Assembly (NCBI GenBank): GCA_028290825.1
Contig: JAQGJB010000100.1
Location: 2,101 to 66,100, forward strand
From: Micavibrio sp.
Lineage (GTDB): Bacteria; Pseudomonadota; Alphaproteobacteria; Micavibrionales; Micavibrionaceae
DNA length: 64,000 nucleotides
Direction of reading: 5' to 3'
The notes under the pieces are model-generated. The model had not been told where the DNA came from and ran no database searches. It was given only the letters and a program-made list of their open reading frames with translations. The position numbers and the translations under genes are program-made. The stretch's first letter is position 1. Each line of letters begins with the position of its first letter. Shown here in pieces: positions 9,541-20,258 of the stretch.

Positions 9541-9804
9541 ATGAGCACACTTAACACCACATTCTCAAAATTAGTCCTCGCCGGGGTTCTGGCCGGTAGC
9601 GGCGGGGCGATGGCCCAGGCCACTGACCAACCTGCCCCGCCCTCAACCAATCCGGCAGATATATGTGAAAAAGTTGCCAAAGGTGACAGCCAGGATACCT
9701 GCCGGGCTCTTGCCAATGTCGTTTCCGCCTTAAAAGCCGGTAATAGTAAAATGGCCGCCGAGAGTTTCCCAAAGCCCGCGTTAGCCGAGCCGAAGCGCCC
9801 CTGA
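9541..9804 (+). CDS. Small secreted hypothetical protein (2 Cys, Pro/Lys C-tail)
   Basis: MSTLNTTFSKLVLAGVLAGSGGAMAQ signal-like segment; TTGTGC-N17-GACAAT-N7-ATG promoter. Confidence 0.7.
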   Translation: MSTLNTTFSKLVLAGVLAGSGGAMAQATDQPAPPSTNPADICEKVAKGDSQDTCRALANVVSALKAGNSKMAAESFPKPALAEPKRP

Positions 9805-9918
9805 CGTAAAATTCGACCGCCTGTCCCCCTAAGCGTTAAATCCAGCCGCCGGAAATTACGACAGGATTTGTCGTAAGGGCACTTTAATCCCGCCCTCTAT
9901 TATCGTGACGTCGGATAA

Positions 9919-12519
9919 TCAGGCTGCCGCCTTGCCTATGGCCGGTTTCGCGATTTTAAAATCAAGCTTACCGCCCTTTTCGGTGACCTGGACAACAGAG
10001 CCGTCGCCCACATCCCCGGTCAGGATCAGTTCGGCGAGGTGGTTTTGCAGTTCGGTCTGGATCACACGTTTCAGCGGACGGGCACCAAAAGCCGGGTCGT
10101 AGCCACGATCGCCAAGCCAGAGCTTCGCCTTGTCGTCAACATCGAGCGTAATGCGGCGGTCGGCCAGCATCTTCCTGAGCTTGCCCAGTTGTATATCGAC
10201 AATGCCTGTCATCTGGTTACGGTCAAGGCGCTTGAACAGCAATATGTCATCAAGGCGGTTAAGGAATTCGGGGCGGAAAGTTGCGCGGACTACGCCCATT
10301 ACTTTCTCACGGACCGTTTCTACATCCTTGCCTTCCTCCATATTGACCAGATATTCGGCCCCCATGTTCGAGGTCATGATCAGAACAGTATTGGTGAAAT
10401 CGACGGTGCGGCCCTGCCCGTCGGTCAGACGGCCATCATCCAGCACCTGAAGAAGGACGTTGAAAACATCCGGGTGAGCCTTTTCAACTTCATCAAACAA
10501 AACAACCTGATACGGGCGTCTTCTCACGGCTTCGGTGAGCGCGCCGCCTTCCTCATAACCAACATAGCCCGGAGGTGCGCCGATCATGCGGGCGACGGAG
10601 TGTTTCTCCATATACTCGGACATATCGAGGCGGATCATGGCGGTGTCGTCATCAAAGAGGAATTCGGCCAGCGCCTTGGTCAGCTCTGTCTTGCCTACCC
10701 CGGTTGGCCCGAGAAACAGGAACGAACCGATCGGACGGTTAGGGTCCTGGAGTCCAGCGCGTGAACGGCGCACGGCGGAGGCCACGGCTTTTACGGCCGC
10801 ATCCTGCCCGACCACGCGGGTTTTGATCTTCTCTTCCATTTTCAGAAGCTTCTCGCGTTCGCCCGACAGCATCTTGTCGATCGGAATCCCGGTCCAGCGG
10901 CTGATCACGGCGGCGATGTCGTCTTCATCCACCTGCTCCTTAACCATGGTTTCGGCTGTGGCTTTGTTGGCCTGAACCAGAAGCTTTTCGATTTCCGGGA
11001 TGCGTCCGTACATCAGCTCCGAAGCTTTTTCCAGATTACCTTCACGTTGTGCTTTGTCGAGTTCGGTCCTGGCCTTATCCAGTTCCTCGGTCAATTTCTG
11101 GGCTGCACCGAGCTTGTCCATTTCAGACTTCCAGCGCCGCGTCAGAATGCCTGACTGCTCCTCTAAGCTTGCCAGTTCTTTTTCAAGCTTCGCAAGGCGA
11201 TCAACAGAGCCAGTATCCTTTTCTTTTTGAAGGGCTTGGCGTTCGATCTTCAACTGAATGATGCGGCGATCAAGTTCGTCAATCTCCTCCGGCTTGGAGT
11301 CGACCTCCATGCGCAGGCGGCTCGATGCCTCATCGATCAGGTCGATGGCCTTATCCGGCAGGAAGCGGTTGGTGATGTAGCGGTTCGACAATGTGGCTGC
11401 GGCAACGATGGCGGAATCCGTGATCCGCACGCCGTGATGCATTTCGTATTTTTCCTTTAATCCCCGGAGGATAGAGATGGTATCTTCAACTGTTGGCTCA
11501 GACACGAACACAGGCTGGAAACGACGCGCCAGCGCCGCATCTTTCTCGATATGCTTGCGGTATTCATCCAGCGTGGTGGCGCCCACCATATGCAGCTCAC
11601 CCCTGGCCAGCGCAGGCTTCAGCATGTTCCCGGCATCCATCGATCCTTCGGCCTTACCAGCGCCTACAATTGTATGCAACTCATCCAGAAACAGGATGAT
11701 TTCACCGGCATTTGCCTTGATTTCATCCATTACGGCCTTTAAACGCTCCTCAAACTCACCCCGGAACTTCGCTCCGGCCAGTAATGAGCCCAAATCCAGC
11801 GCCATAAGGCGTTTATTCTTCAGACTTTCAGGCACATCGCCGTTTACGATGCGCAAAGCGAGCCCTTCGATGATCGCGGTCTTACCCACGCCCGGCTCCC
11901 CGATCAGGACCGGGTTGTTCTTGGTGCGACGGGCCAGCACCTGGATGGTGCGACGGATTTCCTCGTCCCGGCCAATGACCGGATCAAGCTTGCCGTCACG
12001 TGCCACTTCGGTCAGGTCGCGGGCATATTTACGCAGGGCGTCAAACTGGCCTTCCGCATTGGCGGTGTCGGCGGTGCGGCCCTTGCGCATGCTGTTGATG
12101 GCTTGGTTAACCTTCACCGCGGTCACACCGGAGCTTTCCAGCATGCCGGATATTTCAGAAGTGCGGGCATGAAGCATTGCTTGCAGGATGCGCTCAACGG
12201 TAATGAACTTGTCACCAGATTTTTCAGCCATTTCCAATGCGTTATCAAGTATCTTTGAGAGATCGGTTGAAATTCGTAGACCCGATGAGCCACCGGTGAC
12301 GACGGGCATTTTGCTGAGGTCGAGATCGAGGGCGGCAGTCAGCTTCGCAATATCTCCGCCCGCCTCGCTCAACAGGCGTTCGGTCACGCGGTCTTCATCC
12401 TGGAGCATAACCTTCAGCAGGTGCTCAGGCTCCAGCGACTGGTGATTGCCGCGCGTGGCAAGGGTCTGGGCTTTCTGAAGAAGGCTACGGGATTTTTCGG
12501 TGAAACGTTCGAAGTCCAT
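9919..12519 (-). CDS. clpB: ATP-dependent chaperone ClpB
   Basis: Two AAA+ modules ([16 protein letters not shown]), coiled-coil middle domain, 866 aa. Confidence 0.98.
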   Translation of the reverse strand: MDFERFTEKSRSLLQKAQTLATRGNHQSLEPEHLLKVMLQDEDRVTERLLSEAGGDIAKLTAALDLDLSKMPVVTGGSSGLRISTDLSKILDNALEMAEKSGDKFITVERILQAMLHARTSEISGMLESSGVTAVKVNQAINSMRKGRTADTANAEGQFDALRKYARDLTEVARDGKLDPVIGRDEEIRRTIQVLARRTKNNPVLIGEPGVGKTAIIEGLALRIVNGDVPESLKNKRLMALDLGSLLAGAKFRGEFEERLKAVMDEIKANAGEIILFLDELHTIVGAGKAEGSMDAGNMLKPALARGELHMVGATTLDEYRKHIEKDAALARRFQPVFVSEPTVEDTISILRGLKEKYEMHHGVRITDSAIVAAATLSNRYITNRFLPDKAIDLIDEASSRLRMEVDSKPEEIDELDRRIIQLKIERQALQKEKDTGSVDRLAKLEKELASLEEQSGILTRRWKSEMDKLGAAQKLTEELDKARTELDKAQREGNLEKASELMYGRIPEIEKLLVQANKATAETMVKEQVDEDDIAAVISRWTGIPIDKMLSGEREKLLKMEEKIKTRVVGQDAAVKAVASAVRRSRAGLQDPNRPIGSFLFLGPTGVGKTELTKALAEFLFDDDTAMIRLDMSEYMEKHSVARMIGAPPGYVGYEEGGALTEAVRRRPYQVVLFDEVEKAHPDVFNVLLQVLDDGRLTDGQGRTVDFTNTVLIMTSNMGAEYLVNMEEGKDVETVREKVMGVVRATFRPEFLNRLDDILLFKRLDRNQMTGIVDIQLGKLRKMLADRRITLDVDDKAKLWLGDRGYDPAFGARPLKRVIQTELQNHLAELILTGDVGDGSVVQVTEKGGKLDFKIAKPAIGKAAA

Positions 12520-12558
12520 GCGTTATTCCTGTTATGGATTGTAGGATATAATACCTAA

Positions 12559-12586
12559 ATATAGAGGCACTTGATCAGGGTTCAAG
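12559..12586 (-). promoter_or_regulatory. RpoH (sigma32)-type promoter of clpB
   Basis: CTTGAA...CTATAT (CTTG-N18-CTATAT) on the minus strand upstream of a heat-shock gene. Confidence 0.7.
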
Positions 12587-12689
12587 TGGCGTCTTTTTAT
12601 TATACCAAGAAACTTGTCTCGCGTCATTGCAGCGCCCTCTTATGAATTATTTGACAATTTAAAACATATTGCCGTAACGTCCATAGATC

Positions 12690-13031
12690 ATGGCAGCGAA
12701 TTCTGAAAAACAGCCGGTTGGCCGGTTAAAAAGGGCATTTAATATTATCGTCGGCTCTGTTATGGCCGCAACTCCCCTTGTCCCAACCATTTATGCAGCT
12801 CACCTTCTTGAGATGTCAGAAGGCGATACATCTGTTTTTGCAGGGCTCGTTTGCGGGGTTTCCTTCTGCGCAGCCACAGCTTTCTTGGACCGCGCCAGGT
12901 TCAACTCCCTTAAAGAAGCTTACGGGTTTTATTCTGACAAAAATATCGACGCCCTATCAGCTGCCATAATGATGCCAGCAATTTACGGTGAGATCGCTTT
13001 TGTGCAGCACGTTCTGCCTCATCTCAATTAA
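12690..13031 (+). CDS. Hypothetical membrane protein (about 3 TM)
   Basis: 113 aa ORF with hydrophobic segments; TTGACA upstream, terminator downstream. Confidence 0.7.
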   Translation: MAANSEKQPVGRLKRAFNIIVGSVMAATPLVPTIYAAHLLEMSEGDTSVFAGLVCGVSFCAATAFLDRARFNSLKEAYGFYSDKNIDALSAAIMMPAIYGEIAFVQHVLPHLN

Positions 13032-13033
13032 AA

Positions 13034-13060
13034 AAACGGGAGGCCTTTTGCCCCCCGTTT
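13034..13060. terminator. Probable bidirectional intrinsic terminator
   Basis: AAACGGGAGGC-loop-GCCCCCCGTTT between convergent genes, A-run on the left. Confidence 0.7.
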
Positions 13061-13085
13061 CTAGAAATCGTAATTTGTCTGAAGT

Positions 13086-13583
13086 TTAGGCGTCAGACAG
13101 TTCAGTCTTTGGCACTTCGCGCTTCGGGCCAAGGATACTGCTAGGCAGGCCGAGATCGTCTGACTTTGGCTGGTGGCGCGGGCGCTGGGCCGGAGGCTGC
13201 TGTTGCGGCTGGGCCTGTTGTTGTGGTTGTGGTTGCTCGCCTTCAAAGGCACGGTCAAACGCGTCGGTCTGTTGCGGTTGTTCAACGCGCGGTGCCTGGA
13301 TGCCCCATTCGTTGATTACGCGCTGATAGTGTTCGGCGTGTTGCAGGTAGCTTTCTGCCATAACGCGGTCGCCGGAGCTGGCGGCGTCTTTGGCGAGGGC
13401 CATGTATTTTTCCTGAATCTGGTAAGCGGTGCCACGGATACGAACGTCCGGACCGTTGCTGTCGAATACCTGTGAACGGTTCGGGCCGGAATTGCCCCCG
13501 CCGTGTGGACGTTGTCCGCCGCCGCTGCTGCTGTGTCCGCCGCGGTTATTTCTTGATCTTCTGTTTGGCGTTCCGTGTCTCAT
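13086..13583 (-). CDS. DUF4167 domain protein
   Basis: FDSNGPDVRIRGTAYQIQEKY..LAKDA.SSGDRV.AE.YLQHAEHY.R; usual position between prmC and clpB. Confidence 0.93.
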   Translation of the reverse strand: MRHGTPNRRSRNNRGGHSSSGGGQRPHGGGNSGPNRSQVFDSNGPDVRIRGTAYQIQEKYMALAKDAASSGDRVMAESYLQHAEHYQRVINEWGIQAPRVEQPQQTDAFDRAFEGEQPQPQQQAQPQQQPPAQRPRHQPKSDDLGLPSSILGPKREVPKTELSDA

Positions 13584-13788
13584 TTTAATCCTATGCCTAC
13601 TTAAGGCTTTGATTCATTTACGCGATCATTTTACCAGATTCACGACTCAGGGCAAAGCGCCATGAGTACCGAGACAGGCTGTTCGCCTTTCCTGTATCGA
13701 TCCGTTCATCCAAGCCTTAGTGTTTTTCTGATTAATGTAAGTGTACTTGTGTCGGATGAATCCCGTAAAGAGTCCCGCCCAAACCTTT

Positions 13789-14577
13789 TCAACTTATCCC
13801 CATCTGACATTCCACAACCCGCGGAATCCCTGTCAGATCAGGCACTAAGCGACTCAGAGTCGCGCCATATTCTTCAACGAGTCGCGGCATTGACGTTGCC
13901 TGGTCAAAGCCGATTTCGAAAAGAGCATAACCGCCCGGCGAAAGGAGGTTTTTCATTTCCGTAAGGATAGCGCGATAGGCATCCAGCCCGTCAGCGCCTC
14001 CATCAAGTGCCAGAATCGGGTCAAATTCTTTGACGCTTGTGGCAAGATTCGGGATCACTTCAGAAGGAATATAGGGAGGATTCGACAGAATCAAGTCAAA
14101 TTTTCCCGTAATATTCTGCGCCCAGCTGGTCTGGAGAAACTCCGCCCGCCCCGCCACACCATTCCGAACCGCATTTTTCCGTGCCATTTCAATGGCTCCC
14201 GCCGAAAGATCGGTGCCCACCCCCAAAGTTTCCGGCCATTCATGCAGCAAGGAAATGAGAATGCAGCCTGTCCCTGTCCCGATATCGAGGATTCGTTTCG
14301 GAGGGTTTCCCGTGAAGCGTTCCAAAGCAGCTTCCACAAGGGTTTCTGTGTCCTGGCGGGGGTCGAGAGTATCAGGAGAAAGGTCGAAACGCAGGCTCCA
14401 GAATTCCTGGTGCCCTAGAATGCGGCTTAACGGCTCACCGGAAATGCGGCGATTCAGGGCGATGGCCAGAGCTTCGTCCCTGCCCTGGAATTCTTCCAGT
14501 AAAAGACGGGCTTCCATGGCGGCGCGGTCGATATTGGCGGATTTTAAAGTGGCCAAGATGGTTAGGTAATCGTTCAT
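13789..14577 (-). CDS. prmC: Release factor glutamine methyltransferase PrmC/HemK
   Basis: RR.SGEPLSRILG, PRQDTE, LDIGTGTGCI, SNPPY, ALDGGADGL. Confidence 0.95.
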   Translation of the reverse strand: MNDYLTILATLKSANIDRAAMEARLLLEEFQGRDEALAIALNRRISGEPLSRILGHQEFWSLRFDLSPDTLDPRQDTETLVEAALERFTGNPPKRILDIGTGTGCILISLLHEWPETLGVGTDLSAGAIEMARKNAVRNGVAGRAEFLQTSWAQNITGKFDLILSNPPYIPSEVIPNLATSVKEFDPILALDGGADGLDAYRAILTEMKNLLSPGGYALFEIGFDQATSMPRLVEEYGATLSRLVPDLTGIPRVVECQMGIS

Positions 14578-14631
14578 GGGCGGCACCATATATGAATTGA
14601 CAGCCCAGGCACAATATATTAGTTTATGGAA

Positions 14632-14871
14632 ATGAAAGAATATACAGTCCATAAAAACTTCCGCTCAGGGCGTCCAGATTATCCCGGACTAAAGGTTATT
14701 TACGCCAAAGAGGCCGGCAATAACGATACAACTGGCGAGATATTCCTGTTGGCCCCGGAACCTGCGCAACCAGATTCCCTTATACCGGAATCCGCCCTCA
14801 CACGCTGCGAAGGCGTTACGCATTTTGGCGACAGGCCCCTTTTTCTGCTGAATGCAGATTACAAAATTTAA
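14632..14871 (+). CDS. Small hypothetical protein
   Basis: ORF preceded by TTGACA-N17-TAGTTT-N6-ATG; no recognisable domain. Confidence 0.55.
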   Translation: MKEYTVHKNFRSGRPDYPGLKVIYAKEAGNNDTTGEIFLLAPEPAQPDSLIPESALTRCEGVTHFGDRPLFLLNADYKI

Positions 14872-14909
14872 TTTGCCTCCCCCGTCAGCACGGGCGCAGT
14901 ATCAAACCC

Positions 14910-15866
14910 ATGTATGACATTATCGGTGATACGCATGGCCATTATGATGAGTTGCACGCGCTGCTGCTCGGCATGGGTTACGCTTATGATGCGGCAACCC
15001 ATAATTTTTCGCACCCGACACGAAAGGCCCTGTTCGTCGGTGATTTCATCGATGCAGGCAGGCAGAACCTAAAAGTCATAAGCCTGGTCCAGAACATGAT
15101 GGCGAGTGGCGCGGCGAAGGCCGTCATGGGCAATCATGACTACAACGCCGTTCACTACGCGATGGAAGACCCTGACCGTCCGGGCGAATTTATGCGTCGG
15201 CACAGCGCCGATAATGCGCACCAGCATAGTGAATTCCTGAATGAGGTAGCGGGGAATCCTGCCCTTTATCAATCGATTACCGACTGGGTCAAAACCCTTC
15301 CCGTGTATTTTGCCGATGGCGACCTGCATGTTGTTCATGCGTGCTGGGACGGGGATGCTATTGCGGGGCTGAAAACAATTGGTGCGATAAATGCGGACGG
15401 GACAATTACACCGCAGGGCTGGATTGAGGGTGGGCGCAAAGGCACGGTCGCGTTCAGGCTTTTTGAAACATTGCTGAAAGGTCCGGAGGAACACCTCGCC
15501 CCGGGACTTGAATTCACCGACGCCTATGGACGGAAACGCACCAAGGGCCGGATTAAATGGTGGAATGAAAATCCGCAGACATACCGCGAAGCTTATTCAA
15601 TTCCACCGAGTGCAAAATTCGCCGATGATCCCTACACGCCCGCCTCTCCCCATTCGGAGGCAACGCGCATCCGGGACGGATTAAGAAGCGTGGCGCTGGT
15701 GGCCTTCGGGCATTACTGGATGCATGGCCGGATTCCCACGCCGTTGTCGGATCACGCTATCTGCGTTGACTGGAGTGTGGCCAAGGGCGGGATGCTGGCA
15801 GCGTATCGGTATGACCGGGAAAAAACATTTACGGCGGCGAATTTTTATATTGCGCCGAAGCCCTAA
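14910..15866 (+). CDS. Calcineurin-like metallophosphoesterase (ApaH/PPP-like)
   Basis: [38 protein letters not shown]. Confidence 0.9.
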   Translation: MYDIIGDTHGHYDELHALLLGMGYAYDAATHNFSHPTRKALFVGDFIDAGRQNLKVISLVQNMMASGAAKAVMGNHDYNAVHYAMEDPDRPGEFMRRHSADNAHQHSEFLNEVAGNPALYQSITDWVKTLPVYFADGDLHVVHACWDGDAIAGLKTIGAINADGTITPQGWIEGGRKGTVAFRLFETLLKGPEEHLAPGLEFTDAYGRKRTKGRIKWWNENPQTYREAYSIPPSAKFADDPYTPASPHSEATRIRDGLRSVALVAFGHYWMHGRIPTPLSDHAICVDWSVAKGGMLAAYRYDREKTFTAANFYIAPKP

Positions 15867-16924
15867 CCTTCGAGATCGGCCAGTCTTGCGGCCTGATCGT
15901 CGGCGATCAAGGCTTCGACAAATTCATTAAGGCCAAACCCACGCATCACCTCGTCCAGTTGATAAACGGTTAGATTGATACGGTGATCGGTCACGCGACC
16001 TTGCGGGAAGTTATAGGTGCGGATGCGTTCGGAACGGTCGCCGGAGCCAACCTGGTTCTTTCGATTGGCGGACATTTCTTCCTGCTGCTTGCGCCACTGG
16101 GCCTCATAAAGCTTGGAGCGCAGGTAAGTCATCGCCTTGGCGCGGTTCTTGTGCTGGGAGCGTTCTTCCTGCACTTCGACCACAACGCCGGTCGGGATGT
16201 GGGTAATGCGGATGGCGGAGTCGGTGGTGTTAACGTGCTGGCCGCCCGCGCCCTGTGAGCGGAAGGTATCGACCTTCAGGTCCTCGGTGCGGATTTCGAT
16301 GTCGACTTCCTCGGCTTCCGGCAGAACCGCGACAGTGGCGGCGGAGGTGTGGACGCGCCCCGAGGCTTCGGTTTTTGGTACACGCTGTACCCTGTGCGCG
16401 CCAGACTCGAATTTCAGGCGGGAGAACACATCGGTCCCCTGCACTTCAACCGAAACCTGGCGGAAGCCGCCGAGATCGTTTTCGCTGGCGTCGATCTGGG
16501 TGAATTTCCAGCCGCGTTCGCCGGCGTAGCCACGGTACATTTCGTAAAGATCGGCGGCGAACAGCGCGGCCTCATCCCCGCCGGTTCCGGCGCGAATTTC
16601 GAGAATGGCGTTTTTGGTGTCGGCGTCGTCTTTCGGGATCAGCGCGAGTTTCAGTCCGTGTTCCAGCGCCGGGATTTTTTCCTTCAGCGCGTAGAATTCT
16701 TCCGACGCCATTTCCTTCATTTCAGGATCAGACATCATAGCTTCGAGATCGGCCATTTCCTTTACGGCGTTCTCATAAGTGTCATAGGCCGCGACGATTT
16801 CGGACAGCCCGGCATATTCGCGGGACAATTTAGTGAAAGCTTCGCCGCTCAGGCCCCCGCCCGACATCAGGGCGGCCAGTTCTTCGTGGCGGGATTTCAG
16901 CGTTTTGAGACGATCAAGCAACAT
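15863..16924 (-). CDS. prfA: Peptide chain release factor 1
   Basis: [17 protein letters not shown] (PxT), [17 protein letters not shown]. Confidence 0.98.
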   Translation of the reverse strand: MLLDRLKTLKSRHEELAALMSGGGLSGEAFTKLSREYAGLSEIVAAYDTYENAVKEMADLEAMMSDPEMKEMASEEFYALKEKIPALEHGLKLALIPKDDADTKNAILEIRAGTGGDEAALFAADLYEMYRGYAGERGWKFTQIDASENDLGGFRQVSVEVQGTDVFSRLKFESGAHRVQRVPKTEASGRVHTSAATVAVLPEAEEVDIEIRTEDLKVDTFRSQGAGGQHVNTTDSAIRITHIPTGVVVEVQEERSQHKNRAKAMTYLRSKLYEAQWRKQQEEMSANRKNQVGSGDRSERIRTYNFPQGRVTDHRINLTVYQLDEVMRGFGLNEFVEALIADDQAARLADLEG

Positions 16925-17032
16925 AATGAACGGGTTTCTACAGGATTTTTTCCGGAAAGACAAAGCTTCGGTTGCGACTTGCGCTTTATTTTCTTTTCTT
17001 TATGGTAACCGGAAGCAACAGGGAGACATAAA

Positions 17033-18313
17033 ATGAATTACGAACCCGTCGAAGGCGTCCATTATATTTTCGATCGTTATACTTTTCTCAATAATATCCT
17101 TCAGGATGGCAATTTCACCAATGTCAGCTTTGTATCAAAGCATGACCAGCCGCGTAAGGAAGATGATATCCGGCAGGCCATCAAACTGGCCCGCGCCATG
17201 TATCACCCGGACCGCCAGCAGCGCAGCGGCGAAAAAATGCAGCGCGAAGCGGAGCGCATGTCACGGCTGATCGACGATTGTGAAAGGTTCCTGACCAATC
17301 CCGAACTACGCAGCCACTACGAAGCGAAACTGGAGGACTTCCAGAAAAACAAACCGGAGATGGTCAGCGTCAACGGCATGGCGATTATCAACCTCGGGGA
17401 AGAAGTTCTGGATGTGAATTCGCTGCTCTCCGACGATATTGTCGATACGCGTGATTTTGAAGAACGCGTCAAGGCACTGACGCAATATGACGAAAAAAGC
17501 ACATCTCAGGCCCAGTCCTTATTCGACGCCATGGGCGACAATCCCCAGATCCGGGATTTATACAGGAGCGCCCTGACCAAGAAGCTGGTCTATCTCACGC
17601 TTCTGGAGGATGCTGCGTGGGCGAAGATTGGCGTCATTAACCGCAAGAACAAGATTGATGGACACCTGACCAGCAGCGACACGTATGCGGAAAAAGTTGA
17701 AGAGTCTTTGAAAAAAATCTCTTCGGCAGGAATTGAGTCCGAGTTTGACCGGCGTGGGGATTCTGCGCGTATCGGGTTGTCACAATTGCCATTGCTGCTG
17801 AATTTCAATCCGGTGGCGGGTAATTCACCTGCCCCCGTCCCTGCGACGGCGCTGATGGATGCAGCGCAGATGTCGGAAATACTGGCGAAGTTGAAACAGA
17901 CGGCACGGCAGAATTTTGAAATCCGCGCGGATTATGTGCGGGACGTTTCACGGCAGAAGCAGGAGTTGCTTGGCGCACTGGTCGCACTCACGCCTGTAAC
18001 GACGCTGAATGAGCCGCAGCCGGAAAACCCGCTTTATTATTTCTTTCTGGTGGCGAATGACGGGAACGTCCTGCTGCGGATGGATCTTGATGTCAGCACG
18101 GGACAATCGAGCATCGGGCATATTTTCAATGACCCGGTGGATGTGCCTACTCTCAAAAAACAGGTCTTTGACAGGAATGCCCTTCTGGTCGAGCGCAATT
18201 CTGAAATCACCGATATCCTGGTTGAGATATCGGGAGCCGCAGAGCGAATTTTCCAGGAGCACAAACACAGGTTTGAAAAAACGGAACCATTACCGCCCGC
18301 ACCCCAGCCATAG
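17033..18313 (+). CDS. J-domain protein with large uncharacterised C-terminal region
   Basis: DDIRQAIKLARAMYHPDR...LTNPELRSHY (HPD motif with J-domain helices); GGGAG RBS. Confidence 0.8.
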   Translation: MNYEPVEGVHYIFDRYTFLNNILQDGNFTNVSFVSKHDQPRKEDDIRQAIKLARAMYHPDRQQRSGEKMQREAERMSRLIDDCERFLTNPELRSHYEAKLEDFQKNKPEMVSVNGMAIINLGEEVLDVNSLLSDDIVDTRDFEERVKALTQYDEKSTSQAQSLFDAMGDNPQIRDLYRSALTKKLVYLTLLEDAAWAKIGVINRKNKIDGHLTSSDTYAEKVEESLKKISSAGIESEFDRRGDSARIGLSQLPLLLNFNPVAGNSPAPVPATALMDAAQMSEILAKLKQTARQNFEIRADYVRDVSRQKQELLGALVALTPVTTLNEPQPENPLYYFFLVANDGNVLLRMDLDVSTGQSSIGHIFNDPVDVPTLKKQVFDRNALLVERNSEITDILVEISGAAERIFQEHKHRFEKTEPLPPAPQP

Positions 18314-18318
18314 CAAAA

Positions 18319-18346
18319 AAAACGGCACCCTTCCAGGTGCCGTTTT
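18319..18346. terminator. Bidirectional intrinsic terminator
   Basis: AAAACGGCACC-loop-GGTGCCGTTTT, perfect 11-bp IR. Confidence 0.85.
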
Positions 18347-18360
18347 AATATTCGGCGACT

Positions 18361-18978
18361 TTACCTCGCCTTCGGCATCAGTACAGTATCAATTACAAAG
18401 ATGACGCCGTTGGACTGTGTGACATCAGCAATACGGACGGAGGCTTTATTGCCGCTGACATCCGATACCCACCATTTGTCATCTTCGCCCTTCATGACGA
18501 TGAGGTCTTCGCCTTCGGAAGTTTTGAGGGTTAGCTTGCCGCCGTTATCGTCGGCCATTGTTTCCATGCTGGCGGAGTTCAGTCTGCCGGGAACGACATG
18601 GTATTTGAGAATGTTCGCGAGCTTGTCCTTATTCTCCGGTTTAAGGAGGTTGTCTACGGTGCCAGCCGGAAGCTTTGCAAAGGCGTCATTGCTTGGCGCG
18701 AAGACAGTGAACGGACCGGTGCCGGAGAGCGTGCCGGTCAGGTCCGCCGCCCTGATCGCGGCGATCAGGGTTGAATGATCCTTGGACAAGGCAACATTAT
18801 CGACGATGTTTTTTACCGGCGACATTTCCGCACCGCCGACCATGACTGGCGTCGGTTTCATGGAATCCTGAATGGTTTTTATTTCCTGGTCGGTCTGGGC
18901 CAAAGCAGGTGCCGTAAGTCCGAAGGACAGGAAGGCGGCGCACAGCACCAGGGGGCGAAAATTTTTCTTATAAAACAT
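18361..18978 (-). CDS. Secreted fasciclin (FAS1) domain protein
   Basis: Signal peptide; GPFTVFAPSNDAF, ILKYHVVPG, NGVIFVIDTVLMP. Confidence 0.95.
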   Translation of the reverse strand: MFYKKNFRPLVLCAAFLSFGLTAPALAQTDQEIKTIQDSMKPTPVMVGGAEMSPVKNIVDNVALSKDHSTLIAAIRAADLTGTLSGTGPFTVFAPSNDAFAKLPAGTVDNLLKPENKDKLANILKYHVVPGRLNSASMETMADDNGGKLTLKTSEGEDLIVMKGEDDKWWVSDVSGNKASVRIADVTQSNGVIFVIDTVLMPKAR

Positions 18979-19020
18979 AATGTTGCTCCTCAGTTATAGG
19001 CGGTGAAGACCGCAGCTATA

Positions 19021-19048
19021 AGGTAGAGGCATTCGGGGAAATCTCAAG
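19021..19048 (-). promoter_or_regulatory. RpoH-like promoter of the fasciclin gene
   Basis: CTTGAG...TGCCTCTACCT, same spacing and TGCCTCTA core as the clpB promoter. Confidence 0.5.
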
Positions 19049-19055
19049 ATGGTTT

Positions 19056-20186
19056 TCAGGCGGCTTTCCGGGCGGCTTCGATTTCGGCGGCCTTTTCCTC
19101 AACCATCTTAACGAGGTGATCGACGATGGTTTCATCGCCCTCACGCAGGCGGTGGGCGGTTTTGCCCCCAACATAGACCTGGTGCACCCCTTTGCCGCCG
19201 CCCGTGAAGCCGATATCGGTCATTAGCGCTTCGCCGGGGCCGTTGACGACGCAGCCGATGATGGAGATGGTCATGGGAGTGGTGATATGGGACAGGCGTT
19301 GCTCCACCGTTTCGACGGTTTTGATGACGTCGAATTGCTGGCGGGCGCAGCTTGGGCAGGAAATGACGTTGACGCCGCGGTGACGCAGGCCGAGGGATTT
19401 CAGCATTTCGAAACCGACTTTCACCTCCTCCACCGGATCGGCGGAGAGGGAGACGCGGATGGTGTCCCCGATCCCGGCCCAGAGCAGAGAACCCATACCG
19501 ATCGACGATTTGACGGTGCCGGTGCGCAGGCCCCCTGCTTCCGTGATGCCGACATGGATCGGGCAGTCGGTCTGTTCGGCCAGTTGCTGATACGCGGCCA
19601 CCGCCATAAAGACGTCGGAAGCCTTGCAGGAAATTTTGAAATTGTGGAAGTCGAGATCCTGCAGGATCTTGATGTGATGCAGGCCGGATTCAACCATCGC
19701 ATCGGGGCATGGTTCGCCGTATTTTTCGAGCAGATGGCGTTCGAGGGAACCCGCGTTGACGCCGATGCGGATCGAGCAATTGTAATCCTTCGCGGCCTTG
19801 ATGACTTCCTTCACGCGTTCTTCGGAGCCAATATTGCCCGGGTTGATGCGCAGGCAGGCGGCGCCGTTCTGCGCGGCTTCGATGCCGCGCTTATAATGGA
19901 AGTGAATATCGGCGACGATGGGGACGCTCACCTGTCTGGTGATCTCCTTCAGCGCGGCAGAAGATTCTTCGTCCGGGCAGGACACGCGAATGATGTCGAC
20001 GCCTGCGGCCTCGCACGCCCTGATTTGTGCGACGGTGGCGGGGATGTCGTGCGTCAGGGTATTGGTCATGGTCTGAACGGTGATCGGCGCGTCGCCGCCA
20101 ACAGGAACATTCCCGACCATGATCTGGCGGGACTTCCGGCGCGCGATATGGCGCCATGGGCGGTGAAGGGTGTGATCGGTAGTCAT
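19056..20186 (-). CDS. ispG: HMBPP synthase IspG (GcpE)
   Basis: [45 protein letters not shown]. Confidence 0.98.
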   Translation of the reverse strand: MTTDHTLHRPWRHIARRKSRQIMVGNVPVGGDAPITVQTMTNTLTHDIPATVAQIRACEAAGVDIIRVSCPDEESSAALKEITRQVSVPIVADIHFHYKRGIEAAQNGAACLRINPGNIGSEERVKEVIKAAKDYNCSIRIGVNAGSLERHLLEKYGEPCPDAMVESGLHHIKILQDLDFHNFKISCKASDVFMAVAAYQQLAEQTDCPIHVGITEAGGLRTGTVKSSIGMGSLLWAGIGDTIRVSLSADPVEEVKVGFEMLKSLGLRHRGVNVISCPSCARQQFDVIKTVETVEQRLSHITTPMTISIIGCVVNGPGEALMTDIGFTGGGKGVHQVYVGGKTAHRLREGDETIVDHLVKMVEEKAAEIEAARKAA

Positions 20187-20258
20187 GGCCCTGTAATGGA
20201 CCTTTTTGGGTAAATTTTCAAGTTTTCTCGGTTTTAGCCATTCCCGCGATCCAGGAAA

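Noticed and set aside
9856-9876. TTACGACA-N5-TGTCGTAA palindrome downstream of clpB
   Set aside because: Lies between convergent genes; most simply a terminator-like hairpin, with no further support.
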